Below, in pieces: positions 45,872 to 54,799 of a DNA stretch of 64,000 bases. Source of the stretch: Pseudomonadales bacterium. GTDB lineage: Bacteria; Pseudomonadota; Gammaproteobacteria; Pseudomonadales; DC-out160. A program made the translations under genes and the position numbers. The stretch covers positions 1,431-65,430 of the forward strand of contig JAHRWA010000026.1 of NCBI GenBank assembly GCA_019090455.1. The letters are read 5' to 3'. Under the pieces are notes generated by a model. The model did not search any database. It worked only from the letters and a program-made list of their open reading frames with translations, and was not told the origin of the DNA. Position 1 is the first letter of the stretch. Each line of letters opens with the position of its first letter.

Positions 45872-47281
45872 GTGTTAAATTATCGTAAGTTCCATTTATT
45901 ACAGAGTATTTTCTCTTGGTGTAGTCCTATCGTTATTTTTCTGCGGTCCACTGTTCTTGTGTTTGTTTGTACGCTTATGATATTTGGGACTCTTTTGACG
46001 TTGAGCGCCTCGGCGCTTGTGGTTGCAGAAGAAGACGCAAGCAGCCTGTTCAGTGAATTAAAAAAGCAGGTGTATCAGATACGGGTCATTGACCTAGCTT
46101 CCGATGATAAAAGTGCGATTGGATCGGGGTTTTTGATTAGTGACACGGGATTGATAGCAACTAATTTCCATGTTGTTTCTTCCTATGTTCATGAGCCCTC
46201 AAAATATCGATTGGAGTATGTCGATTACTTGGGGGGAACGGGCTCTATCGAATTGCAGAGCATTGATGTCGTTCATGATCTCGCCATTGGTAAAATATCA
46301 ATTGGTAAAATAGCGATAGGAAAAATCGAGATTGATAAAGCTGTAACGGACATTTCGAATACACAAGGTTCAAATTTCTTTTCGTTCAATTTGGGCGAAA
46401 TGTCACAAGGCGAGCGTCTCTATTCCGTGGGGAACCCCCTTGATCTAGGCATGACAATTATTGAAGGCATCTACAACGGACTGATAAAAAAATCACGTTA
46501 TAAGAAAATACTTTTTTCAGGTTCTTTGAATTCAGGTATGAGCGGCGGCCCCGCCTTGGACTCAAAAGGGCAAGTGATAGGAATCAATGTCGCTAAAGGG
46601 AGTGAACAATTAAGCTTCTTGGTTCCCGTAGAATACCTTCATGTGCTCCTAATAAAATTGGCTGAGAAGGGGCCTGAAAAAGATTTTGAGCAGTCGATTA
46701 CAGAAGCACTAACGAATGATCAACGTCGTTTTTACGCTGAACTATTAGGAAGGGATTGGCAGAAAGAGAAGTTTATGGAAGCGATACTACCGACAAAAAT
46801 CAGTGATAAGCTGGAGTGCTGGGGCCATACGGAAGACAAAGAGGAGTATCTCTATAAGGGTGTTCATCAGCATTGTCGCTCATCAGATGATATTTATTTA
46901 AGTGGTACTTTATCCACTGGCCATTTCTCCTATAGCTATGAATGGAATGAGTCCACGCAATTGAACAGCGCTCAGTTTTACAATGTACTGGAGAGGCGGT
47001 TTGATCACCGTGGATTGAATAATATATACGAAGAAAAGGATGGGACCAATTTCTCGTGCCATACCGAATTCGTGACGTTGAGTCAGCATGAATGGAAAAT
47101 TTCTAGTTGCTTGCGTGGATATAAAATGTATCGTGGATTGTACGATGCTAGTTTTGTGATGGCTTCAGTGGATACCAGGGATAAGGGGCTGATTATTAGG
47201 GGTGCTGCCGCGGGTTTGAGTAAAGAGAATGTTCAGGGAATGATAAGGAAATTCTTAGAGGCCGTTGAATGGACACGCTAG
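45872..47281 (+). CDS. Trypsin-like (S1/S1C-type) serine protease with N-terminal TM/signal segment and a Cys-containing C-terminal domain of unknown function
   Basis: Catalytic contexts are ATNFHVV (His), VHDLAIGKI (Asp) and NSGMSGGPALDSKGQVIGINV (Ser). A hydrophobic N-terminal segment is present. The start is GTG, so the exact start is uncertain. Confidence 0.8.
   Translation: MLNYRKFHLLQSIFSWCSPIVIFLRSTVLVFVCTLMIFGTLLTLSASALVVAEEDASSLFSELKKQVYQIRVIDLASDDKSAIGSGFLISDTGLIATNFHVVSSYVHEPSKYRLEYVDYLGGTGSIELQSIDVVHDLAIGKISIGKIAIGKIEIDKAVTDISNTQGSNFFSFNLGEMSQGERLYSVGNPLDLGMTIIEGIYNGLIKKSRYKKILFSGSLNSGMSGGPALDSKGQVIGINVAKGSEQLSFLVPVEYLHVLLIKLAEKGPEKDFEQSITEALTNDQRRFYAELLGRDWQKEKFMEAILPTKISDKLECWGHTEDKEEYLYKGVHQHCRSSDDIYLSGTLSTGHFSYSYEWNESTQLNSAQFYNVLERRFDHRGLNNIYEEKDGTNFSCHTEFVTLSQHEWKISSCLRGYKMYRGLYDASFVMASVDTRDKGLIIRGAAAGLSKENVQGMIRKFLEAVEWTR
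46283..46342 (+). repeat. In-frame 15-bp tandem repeat (4 units) inside the protease gene, encoding (x-I-G/D-K-I/A)4
   Basis: Units are gccattggtaaaata, tcaattggtaaaata, gcgataggaaaaatc and gagattgataaagct. The protein reads AIGKISIGKIAIGKIEIDKA, directly after the catalytic Asp context. Confidence 0.8.
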
Positions 47282-48240
47282 TCATTCGTTTGGGCTTACG
47301 TCACGCGAGAATAAGTGAATTCGTAAAGGTAAAAAGCGACACTTTTAGTGTGGGGCGCGCGTTGAAAAACGATCTGGTCCTGTCTGATCCCTACATTGCA
47401 CCCGAGCAATTGCGCTTTAGTCGTGATGAGTCAGGTTGGTCTATGGAGATCATGGATTTTATTAATCCTATTGTTGTGAATGATGAGCCTGTTGAGAAGA
47501 AGGATGCGATCGTAAAAGTACATTCTGGTGATTGCCTCGTACTGGGTCGAACCCATATGGCACTTTTTTCCGAGGATCATCCTAGTGATGCGACGCGGAC
47601 TATGGTGCTGTCACGTTGGTTGCACCATTCGGTTTTGCGACGAGTGATTCCATTGTTAATGTTGGCAGTGGCCTGTGCCATTACGGGCTTGAGTGAATAT
47701 TCTCACTTGGCCACGGAAATGAAATTGGGTGATGTCGCAATGAGCAGTTTGATTGTTGCATTGGCAGCACTAGGTTGGTCGAGCCAATGGGCTCTTGCGG
47801 GTCGAATATTACATCATCATGCCCATTTTTTTGCGCAATTATTTTACACCTCCTCGATATTAGCCGCCATTTGTTTGTTGGGGTTGGTGGAGGGCTATGT
47901 GGAGTACATGCTTAATAGCAATGTGATCGAATCCACTTTTATTCAAATTTTTCTGTTTGGTCTTATTACTGCATTGCTTAAATTTAATCTCTCTTATGCA
48001 ACACACATACATCGTAAGTGGACAGTTTCATTTGCGGTGACGACATTTGGGGCCGTGGTCATCTTTAGTCTATTTCATTTCAATGCGAGAGACTTTAAGG
48101 CGACACCGGAATACTCCGCTGTACTTCGGCCTCCGGTGGTGAAGTTGTTAGGCAATCAAAGTCTGGATGAATTTATGATGGATTTCGAAGCCCAGTTTGA
48201 ACTTGTTGATTCCGAAATAGACGACTGGAAAAGCAAATAG
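47269..48240 (+). CDS. FHA-domain protein with C-terminal polytopic membrane domain
   Basis: The N-terminal FHA-like segment is FSVGRALKNDLVLSDPYIAPEQLRF...VNDEPV...GDCLVLGRTHMALF, followed by about 5 hydrophobic helices. The ATG overlaps the protease stop codon by 13 nt. Confidence 0.75.
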   Translation: MDTLVIRLGLRHARISEFVKVKSDTFSVGRALKNDLVLSDPYIAPEQLRFSRDESGWSMEIMDFINPIVVNDEPVEKKDAIVKVHSGDCLVLGRTHMALFSEDHPSDATRTMVLSRWLHHSVLRRVIPLLMLAVACAITGLSEYSHLATEMKLGDVAMSSLIVALAALGWSSQWALAGRILHHHAHFFAQLFYTSSILAAICLLGLVEGYVEYMLNSNVIESTFIQIFLFGLITALLKFNLSYATHIHRKWTVSFAVTTFGAVVIFSLFHFNARDFKATPEYSAVLRPPVVKLLGNQSLDEFMMDFEAQFELVDSEIDDWKSK

Positions 48241-48306
48241 TTTCTCGGCCTAATCTCTAGTATCCTAATCGCTCTTACCCACTTTCGTTAAGAGTCGATT
48301 TTATTG

Positions 48307-51300
48307 ATGAGCCGAGAATCCATTGTCATTAGAGGCGCCCGCCAAAATAATCTTAAAAATCTAGATTTAGATCTGCCTACCAATGAGCTTATTGTCGTCA
48401 CCGGTGTGAGTGGATCTGGTAAGTCGACTTTAGCTTTTGACACCATTTATGCAGAAGGGCAACGTCGTTACGTGGAAACGTTTTCCGCTTATGCTCGACA
48501 GTTTTTAGATAGGATGGATAAACCCAATGTCGATAGTATACAAGGGATTCCACCGGCTATAGCGATCAACCAATCTAATCCAGTACGCACTTCCCGTTCC
48601 ACTGTTGGGACGATGACCGAGCTAAATGATTATATAAAGCTTTTGTTTGCGCGACTCTCCCGATTGTTCTGTCATCAGTGTGATCGTGAGGTATCAAGAG
48701 ATTCAGCTCAGAGTATTGTCAATTCAATCTATGAATTAGCGGAAACTGATCAGCGGTGCATTATTTGTTTGCCGATTAAAGTACCGGATAATTTCACTGA
48801 CGACGAAGTTGTCCAAATGCTCAATCAGCAAGGCTATACGCGAATTCATAAGCGAACCAAAAAAAAATTAGAAGTGATACAAGACCGATTGGTGCTGAGA
48901 GAAAGCAATCGCGAAAGATTGACCGAGTCCATTGAAGCAGCACTGCAACATGGGAATGGACATGTGTTGATATACCCGCTGGATGCGGAAAAAAATAGCG
49001 GAGAACCCTGGCGCTATTCCAGTCATCATCATTGCTCACACTGCGAAATTGATTATGCCGATCCGACACCCAGTTTATTTTCTTTTAATTCTGCTATCGG
49101 AGCCTGCGAAGAATGTCGCGGTTTTGGACGTATTATTGGCGTGGATTATGGTTTGGTTATACCGGATGAATCCAAATCCTTAAGGGAAGGCGCGATTAAG
49201 CCTTTTCAAACTCCTAGCAACGTGGAGATTCAAGATGCTCTTATCTCTTTTGCTCAAAAGAAAAAAGTACCGCTAGATACACCGTGGAGGAAACTCACTA
49301 AAAAACAGCAAGCCTGGATCATAGAGGGAGAGGGCCGTTGGTCTGATGGAGTGTGGTTTGGCATAGACGGTTTTTTTCGTTGGTTGGAAGCGAGAGCTTA
49401 CAAAATGCATGTTCGCGTCCTGCTTTCCAAATACCGTTCCTATACCACTTGCCCTGAGTGTCACGGAGCGAGATTGAAGCCCAGCGCTTTATGGTGGCGG
49501 ATTGATGATCTCAATGTGCATGACATTATGCAGTTACCACTAGAGCAAGGCGCAAAATTCTTTAAGCAAGTAAATCTGCCTGCCCAGTTTGATGAGGCCG
49601 GTGAACTGCTGTTGACCGAGGTGCGGTCACGTTTGGATTATTTGTTGGAAGTGGGTTTAGGCTATTTAACCTTAGACCGACAATCTCGAACTTTGAGTGG
49701 TGGTGAAGTACAACGGATTAATTTGACGACTGCTCTCGGGACTTCTTTAGTCAATACTTTGTTTGTTCTGGATGAGCCTAGTATTGGTTTGCACCCAAGA
49801 GATATTAACCGTCTCGTACTGGTATTACATCGCCTACGGGATGCAGGCAATACGTTGTTAGTAGTTGAGCACGATCCGCAAGTCATTATGGCAGCAGATC
49901 GTGTGTTAGATATTGGACCGGGTCCGGGAAAGCTAGGGGGAGAGATTGGTTTTTTTGGTACGCCGAAGGCACTCATGCGTAATCGAAAATCGCTTACCGC
50001 TCAATATCTCTCGGGTAAAAAGTCCGTGACTTTCGAGGTCCATAAACCGGGTTTTTCCCCGACCAACAACACACTAAAGATCGTCGGCGCGAGTGAGCAT
50101 AATCTAAAAAATATCGATATTGATATCCCATTAAATCGCTTGGTGTGTATTACCGGTGTTAGTGGTTCGGGTAAGTCGACACTCATGCGAGATGTGCTTT
50201 ATCCCGCACTCTGCAAAATAAAAGGAAAAACCATAGAAACCCCCGGTGCTCACCATAGCATTAAAGGGCATGATCATATTGATGATGTGGTGTTAGTGGA
50301 TCAAAGTGCGATTGGTAAAACCACACGATCGATTCCGGCTACCTATGTAGGGGCATTCGATGCCATCAGGAAATTATTTTTGGTGACACCTCTGGCAAAG
50401 GAGCGAGGTTACACTGCAGGTACATTTAGCTTTAATTCGGGTAATGGCCGTTGTCCTACTTGTACGGGTAATGGTTTCGAGCACGTGGAGATGCAGTTCC
50501 TGAGTGATGTGTACTTACGTTGTGCGGATTGCAATGGAAAACGATATCGAAATGAAATATTGGAAGTGACCTTGCTAGGCGCAAAAGCGACTGAGGAAAA
50601 TAAGTCAGATTCTAATAAAATCGTTGTCTCTGAAGCAATGTCTATTGCGGATGTGTTGGAGCTTACCGTCACTGAAGCCCTGTCTTTTTTCGCGGATGCT
50701 CCCGATGTGATAAGCAGTTTACAGCCGTTAGCTGACGTTGGTCTTCAATATGTACAGCTAGGGCAGTCGGTGCCGACACTGAGTGGTGGTGAGGCGCAAC
50801 GTCTTAAGTTAGCAGGTTATCTGGCAAAGAATGCGATGGCGCAGAAAAAAGCACTGGCTAAGAAAAAGGCGCAAGATAAAAAGAAATATCTAGTTAAGCC
50901 AAAAACATCCACGAAGAAAAGCACGGCTAAGAATAAAACAGCACAGGTTAAGGACAATGTTCCAGCGGAAAAAGGAACTTTATTTCTATTTGACGAGCCT
51001 ACGACGGGTTTGCACTTCGATGATATTGCTACCTTGATGAAAGCGTTTCAACAGCTGATTCAAGCCGGGCATTCTCTCTTGGTGATAGAGCATAATATAG
51101 ATGTGATTCGAGCCGCAGACTGGATCATTGATATTGGTCCAGAAGGGGGTGACGGTGGCGGGCAACGTATCGCCGAGGGGAGTCCTCAGGCGGTGGCGAA
51201 AACGAAGACTCATACTGGGATTGCTTTGCAAGACTACTTTAGTTCTTTAGATCAAAAGCAGGGGGGAGCGCAAAAGGTGGCTGAACTGGCGGCCACTTAC

Positions 51301-54030
51301 GCCACGGGCAATTCAAATTATGAACAGAAAAAACCAATGCCAAGAAAGCGTGAGATTCAGATTCATCATGCGAGAGAGCACAATCTAAAAAACATTGACA
51401 TAAATATTCCTCTCGATAAATTTACCGTGATCACAGGGGTGAGTGGCAGTGGGAAAAGCACAGTCGCTTTTGATATCGTTTTTGGGGAAGGGCAACGTCG
51501 CTATCTTGAATCCTTAAATGCCTACGCAAGACAGTTTATTCAAGCCGCTTCTCGCCCTGACGTAGATGCGATACACGGTATACCCCCTACCGTCGCCATT
51601 GAGCAACGTACCAGTCGAGGCGGTCGAAAAAGTACAGTGGCCACGCTTACCGAAATTTATCACTTTATGCGGTTGCTCTATGTGAAATTAGGCACTCAAC
51701 ATTGCCCCCATTGTGATGAAGCTATTGAGCCGCAAACATCCGCGGCGATACTTGCTCGATTATTAAAAGACTTTCGTGGCCAGAAGATAGAGCTGCTTGC
51801 ACCTCAGGTGGTCGCGCGAAAGGGCATATATAAGGAGCTAGCCAAGTGGGCTAGCGACAAAGGGTTTGAACGATTGCGAGTGGATGGAGAATATCAGCAA
51901 ACGGATCCTTGGCCAGTCTTGGATCGATATAAGGAGCATGATATTGAACTTCTCGTTGGCAGCTGTGAGGTGACGGCTAAGAATGAAGTCCACTTAATGG
52001 GGCTGCTGGAACAGGCATTAAAACTGGGCAATGAAATTGTTATTGTTTCACCTATTGGATCTGAGAAAACAAGAAATAAAATTAAAGCTAAGAATAAAAA
52101 AGAGACCCTATTTTCCACTTCTCGTTCATGTCCTGGATGTGGTCAAGGCTTCGATGAGCTGGATCCGCGCTTGTTCTCCTATAACTCCAAACACGGTTGG
52201 TGCGCACATTGTTTTGGAACGGGTGTGCTCATCAAGGATTTTGATGAAGAACAAACTGGGGAGGAGGAAGAATGGCGACTTGAAGACGATAACGGTTCTT
52301 CTAATGTCAGCTCTTCTAAAACAAGCTCTTCAAAAAAGGGGGTGACGATAGCGGATAGGGATAAGCACTGTCATCATTGTGATGGCCAACGATTGAATGA
52401 CACTGCACTAGCGGTGCGCTTCCGTTCGCAGTCAATTGCCCAGCTCGCCAATTACACAGTGGATCATAGTAACCTTTGGTTTTCGAAGCTGAAGTTAACC
52501 AAAAAGGAAGCCGAGATCGCAAAGGATCTTATGGTTGAATTAACAGGACGGCTGCAGTTTTTGAATAAAGTCGGTCTGGGATACTTAACCTTAGATCGGG
52601 CCGCTCCTACGTTGAGTGGTGGCGAGGCACAACGGATACGCCTAGCGTCTCAGTTAGGGTCGAATCTACAAGGGGTTTGTTATATTTTGGATGAACCCAC
52701 TATTGGCCTTCATGCCAGAGATAATCGCCGACTCATCACGACGTTACGCGAATTGCAACAGCAGGGTAATACCGTTCTAGTAGTAGAGCACGATGAAGAT
52801 ACGATCCAGGAGGCGGACTATATTATCGATATGGGACCGGGTGCTGGGATAAATGGGGGAGAAGTGGTTGCTCAAGGGACTTTGCCGCAGCTGATAAAAA
52901 ACAAAAAATCGATCACAGGGCAGTTTGTATCGAACCCGCTTCGCCACCCGATGAAGGATCTTGTGGATCAGGCGTTACGCCAGAGATGGGATAGCGAAAA
53001 AATGTCAATCCTAGGGGCGTCGCAAAACAATCTGGCCAATGTGGATGTGGATATTCCTTTGCGCCGCTTGGTGTGTGTATCCGGAGTCAGTGGTAGTGGC
53101 AAAAGCACACTGATTCGCTCAGTGCTACAACGAAATCTTCGTCCTATCATTAACGTGCCTGGAAAAGGCGCAAAGAGAAAGACAGTGCGTTGGCAAGGTT
53201 GTGAGGATATTGTCGGTTGGGGTAGCATTCGACGAATACTCGAAGTGGATCAAACGCCCATAGGCAAAACGCCGCGTTCTTGTCCGGCGACTTATATCGG
53301 CATTTGGGATCAAATACGCAAATTGTTTGCGGGAACAGTGGATGCCCGACTACGGGGTTATAAACCCGCACGGTTTTCTTTTAATACCGGTGATGGTCGG
53401 TGCGGTACCTGTGGTGGTCATGGCATGCGTAAGGTAGAAATGAATTTTTTGCCAGACGTAAGGGTTGAGTGTGAAGTCTGCCATGGCTGGCGGTTCAATG
53501 ATGAGACGTTAACCGTGCGTTACAAAGATAAGCACATCGGAGATGTGCTTATGATGAATGTGGAGGAGGCGTCTACCTATTTTTCAGAAGTCGCTTCTAT
53601 TCATCATGCGTTGCAATTATTGCAAGATGTGGGTTTGGGTTACTTAACCTTGGGGCAACAAAGTCCCACCTTAAGTGGGGGCGAGGCGCAACGAATAAAA
53701 TTAGTTGCTGAGTTGGCAAAGGCAAAGATGAATATAAAATCCATAGGCCAGCACAATCTCTATATTCTTGATGAGCCCACTGTGGGATTGCATATGGCAG
53801 ATGTGGAAAAGCTAGTACGAGTGCTGCATCGATTGGTTAACGCGGGCAACTCTGTCATCGTAATCGAACATAATCTAGATGTGATAGCGGAAGCGGACTG
53901 GATAATTGATATGGGACCGGAAGGTGGCAGCAAAGGGGGTAAAGTTATTGCTCAAGGGGCACCCGAAACGATGTGTAAGAGAAAACGATCGTATACGGGA
54001 GAGTATTTAAAGCAGTTGTTAGAGAGATAG
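48307..54030 (+). CDS. Tandem-duplicated UvrA-like ABC ATPase (two complete UvrA-like units fused, 4 nucleotide-binding modules)
   Basis: Single uninterrupted frame of 1907 aa from the ATG at 48307. The UvrA N-terminal signature RGARQNNLKNLDL...GVSGSGKSTLAFDTIYAEGQRRYVETFSAYARQF recurs at about residue 1015 (HHAREHNLKNIDI...GVSGSGKSTVAFDIVFGEGQRRYLESLNAYARQF). There are four GVSGSGKST Walker A sites, four LSGGE signature motifs and multiple CxxC zinc modules. Confidence 0.9.
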   Translation: MSRESIVIRGARQNNLKNLDLDLPTNELIVVTGVSGSGKSTLAFDTIYAEGQRRYVETFSAYARQFLDRMDKPNVDSIQGIPPAIAINQSNPVRTSRSTVGTMTELNDYIKLLFARLSRLFCHQCDREVSRDSAQSIVNSIYELAETDQRCIICLPIKVPDNFTDDEVVQMLNQQGYTRIHKRTKKKLEVIQDRLVLRESNRERLTESIEAALQHGNGHVLIYPLDAEKNSGEPWRYSSHHHCSHCEIDYADPTPSLFSFNSAIGACEECRGFGRIIGVDYGLVIPDESKSLREGAIKPFQTPSNVEIQDALISFAQKKKVPLDTPWRKLTKKQQAWIIEGEGRWSDGVWFGIDGFFRWLEARAYKMHVRVLLSKYRSYTTCPECHGARLKPSALWWRIDDLNVHDIMQLPLEQGAKFFKQVNLPAQFDEAGELLLTEVRSRLDYLLEVGLGYLTLDRQSRTLSGGEVQRINLTTALGTSLVNTLFVLDEPSIGLHPRDINRLVLVLHRLRDAGNTLLVVEHDPQVIMAADRVLDIGPGPGKLGGEIGFFGTPKALMRNRKSLTAQYLSGKKSVTFEVHKPGFSPTNNTLKIVGASEHNLKNIDIDIPLNRLVCITGVSGSGKSTLMRDVLYPALCKIKGKTIETPGAHHSIKGHDHIDDVVLVDQSAIGKTTRSIPATYVGAFDAIRKLFLVTPLAKERGYTAGTFSFNSGNGRCPTCTGNGFEHVEMQFLSDVYLRCADCNGKRYRNEILEVTLLGAKATEENKSDSNKIVVSEAMSIADVLELTVTEALSFFADAPDVISSLQPLADVGLQYVQLGQSVPTLSGGEAQRLKLAGYLAKNAMAQKKALAKKKAQDKKKYLVKPKTSTKKSTAKNKTAQVKDNVPAEKGTLFLFDEPTTGLHFDDIATLMKAFQQLIQAGHSLLVIEHNIDVIRAADWIIDIGPEGGDGGGQRIAEGSPQAVAKTKTHTGIALQDYFSSLDQKQGGAQKVAELAATYATGNSNYEQKKPMPRKREIQIHHAREHNLKNIDINIPLDKFTVITGVSGSGKSTVAFDIVFGEGQRRYLESLNAYARQFIQAASRPDVDAIHGIPPTVAIEQRTSRGGRKSTVATLTEIYHFMRLLYVKLGTQHCPHCDEAIEPQTSAAILARLLKDFRGQKIELLAPQVVARKGIYKELAKWASDKGFERLRVDGEYQQTDPWPVLDRYKEHDIELLVGSCEVTAKNEVHLMGLLEQALKLGNEIVIVSPIGSEKTRNKIKAKNKKETLFSTSRSCPGCGQGFDELDPRLFSYNSKHGWCAHCFGTGVLIKDFDEEQTGEEEEWRLEDDNGSSNVSSSKTSSSKKGVTIADRDKHCHHCDGQRLNDTALAVRFRSQSIAQLANYTVDHSNLWFSKLKLTKKEAEIAKDLMVELTGRLQFLNKVGLGYLTLDRAAPTLSGGEAQRIRLASQLGSNLQGVCYILDEPTIGLHARDNRRLITTLRELQQQGNTVLVVEHDEDTIQEADYIIDMGPGAGINGGEVVAQGTLPQLIKNKKSITGQFVSNPLRHPMKDLVDQALRQRWDSEKMSILGASQNNLANVDVDIPLRRLVCVSGVSGSGKSTLIRSVLQRNLRPIINVPGKGAKRKTVRWQGCEDIVGWGSIRRILEVDQTPIGKTPRSCPATYIGIWDQIRKLFAGTVDARLRGYKPARFSFNTGDGRCGTCGGHGMRKVEMNFLPDVRVECEVCHGWRFNDETLTVRYKDKHIGDVLMMNVEEASTYFSEVASIHHALQLLQDVGLGYLTLGQQSPTLSGGEAQRIKLVAELAKAKMNIKSIGQHNLYILDEPTVGLHMADVEKLVRVLHRLVNAGNSVIVIEHNLDVIAEADWIIDMGPEGGSKGGKVIAQGAPETMCKRKRSYTGEYLKQLLER

Positions 54031-54059
54031 GCGTAAAGTCGGGTGACCGAAAAAGAAAA

Positions 54060-54092
54060 CGCTCCCGTTATTGTTGTGAAATAACGGGAGCG
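54060..54092. terminator. Hairpin terminator between convergent genes (best on the minus strand)
   Basis: CGCTCCCGTTAT (54060-54071) pairs with ATAACGGGAGCG (54081-54092). On the minus strand it is followed by TTTTCTTTTTC. Confidence 0.7.
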
Positions 54093-54130
54093 AATAGGTG
54101 AGCTTTTGTTTTTAGATTTAGGTTCTAGAT

Positions 54131-54799
54131 TTAGGCTCTACTGCTCTTTTGCTTTTTTCTTGCAAGACCAAGTGCAATTAATCCTAATCCAAATAGTGAT
54201 AGTGTTTCGGGCTCAGGAACTGAAGCGATATTCACATTTGAATTGAGGAATTCAACACGAAGACCAGCAGGGTTGCCAGTAGCTTGAGCAGAGTTGATTA
54301 AAGTAAACTCGAGTGTATTCAAGCCTGCGATAAAGCTACCACCCAAATCTGAAAATGTAGCCCAGCTGGTGAATGAAGCCGACGAGTTGCTTAACGCATC
54401 ACCGTTTAGGGATAGAGTGCCGCTATTATCCGTTGCCCAACGTCCGTCAAATGATGCACTAGTTGCATCGTATCCAGTCAAATCAAAGGTGAGAGACCAC
54501 GTATAAGTACCGTTGGATACAGGGTCATACGATGTGTTAGCAGATGGGCCAGGTGTAAGCCACTGAGAAGTTGCATTATTAGGGATCCATGGGCCTTGGG
54601 TTGGCCAACCTGTGCCCTCGTAACCATTTGCACCAAAAGCAGTGGTGTCAGCACCTGAATAGCTCAGTGCGTAGTTTGAATCGATAGTACCGGCAGTAGA
54701 ACTTTCGCCAGTATTGTATAGGTCAGAAATGGGTATAGCTGACGCGTTAATTGAAATTAACGACGTCAATGTTGCTGCAGCAAGAAGTTTAAAATTCAT
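54131..54799 (-). CDS. PEP-CTERM sorting-domain secreted protein
   Basis: Signal peptide, a Ser/Thr/Gly/Asn-rich body, and C-terminal VPEPETLSLFGLGLIALGLARKKQ (PEP motif, TM helix and basic tail). Confidence 0.85.
   Translation of the reverse strand: MNFKLLAAATLTSLISINASAIPISDLYNTGESSTAGTIDSNYALSYSGADTTAFGANGYEGTGWPTQGPWIPNNATSQWLTPGPSANTSYDPVSNGTYTWSLTFDLTGYDATSASFDGRWATDNSGTLSLNGDALSNSSASFTSWATFSDLGGSFIAGLNTLEFTLINSAQATGNPAGLRVEFLNSNVNIASVPEPETLSLFGLGLIALGLARKKQKSSRA

Noticed and set aside
48304-54030. The possibility that the 1908-aa ORF is two adjacent uvrA genes or an assembly duplication
   Set aside because: The frame is continuous with a unique linker of about 40 aa. The two halves are clearly diverged from each other at both DNA and protein level, so this is not a collapsed or duplicated assembly artefact. 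Resequencing would still be needed to exclude a missed frameshift.
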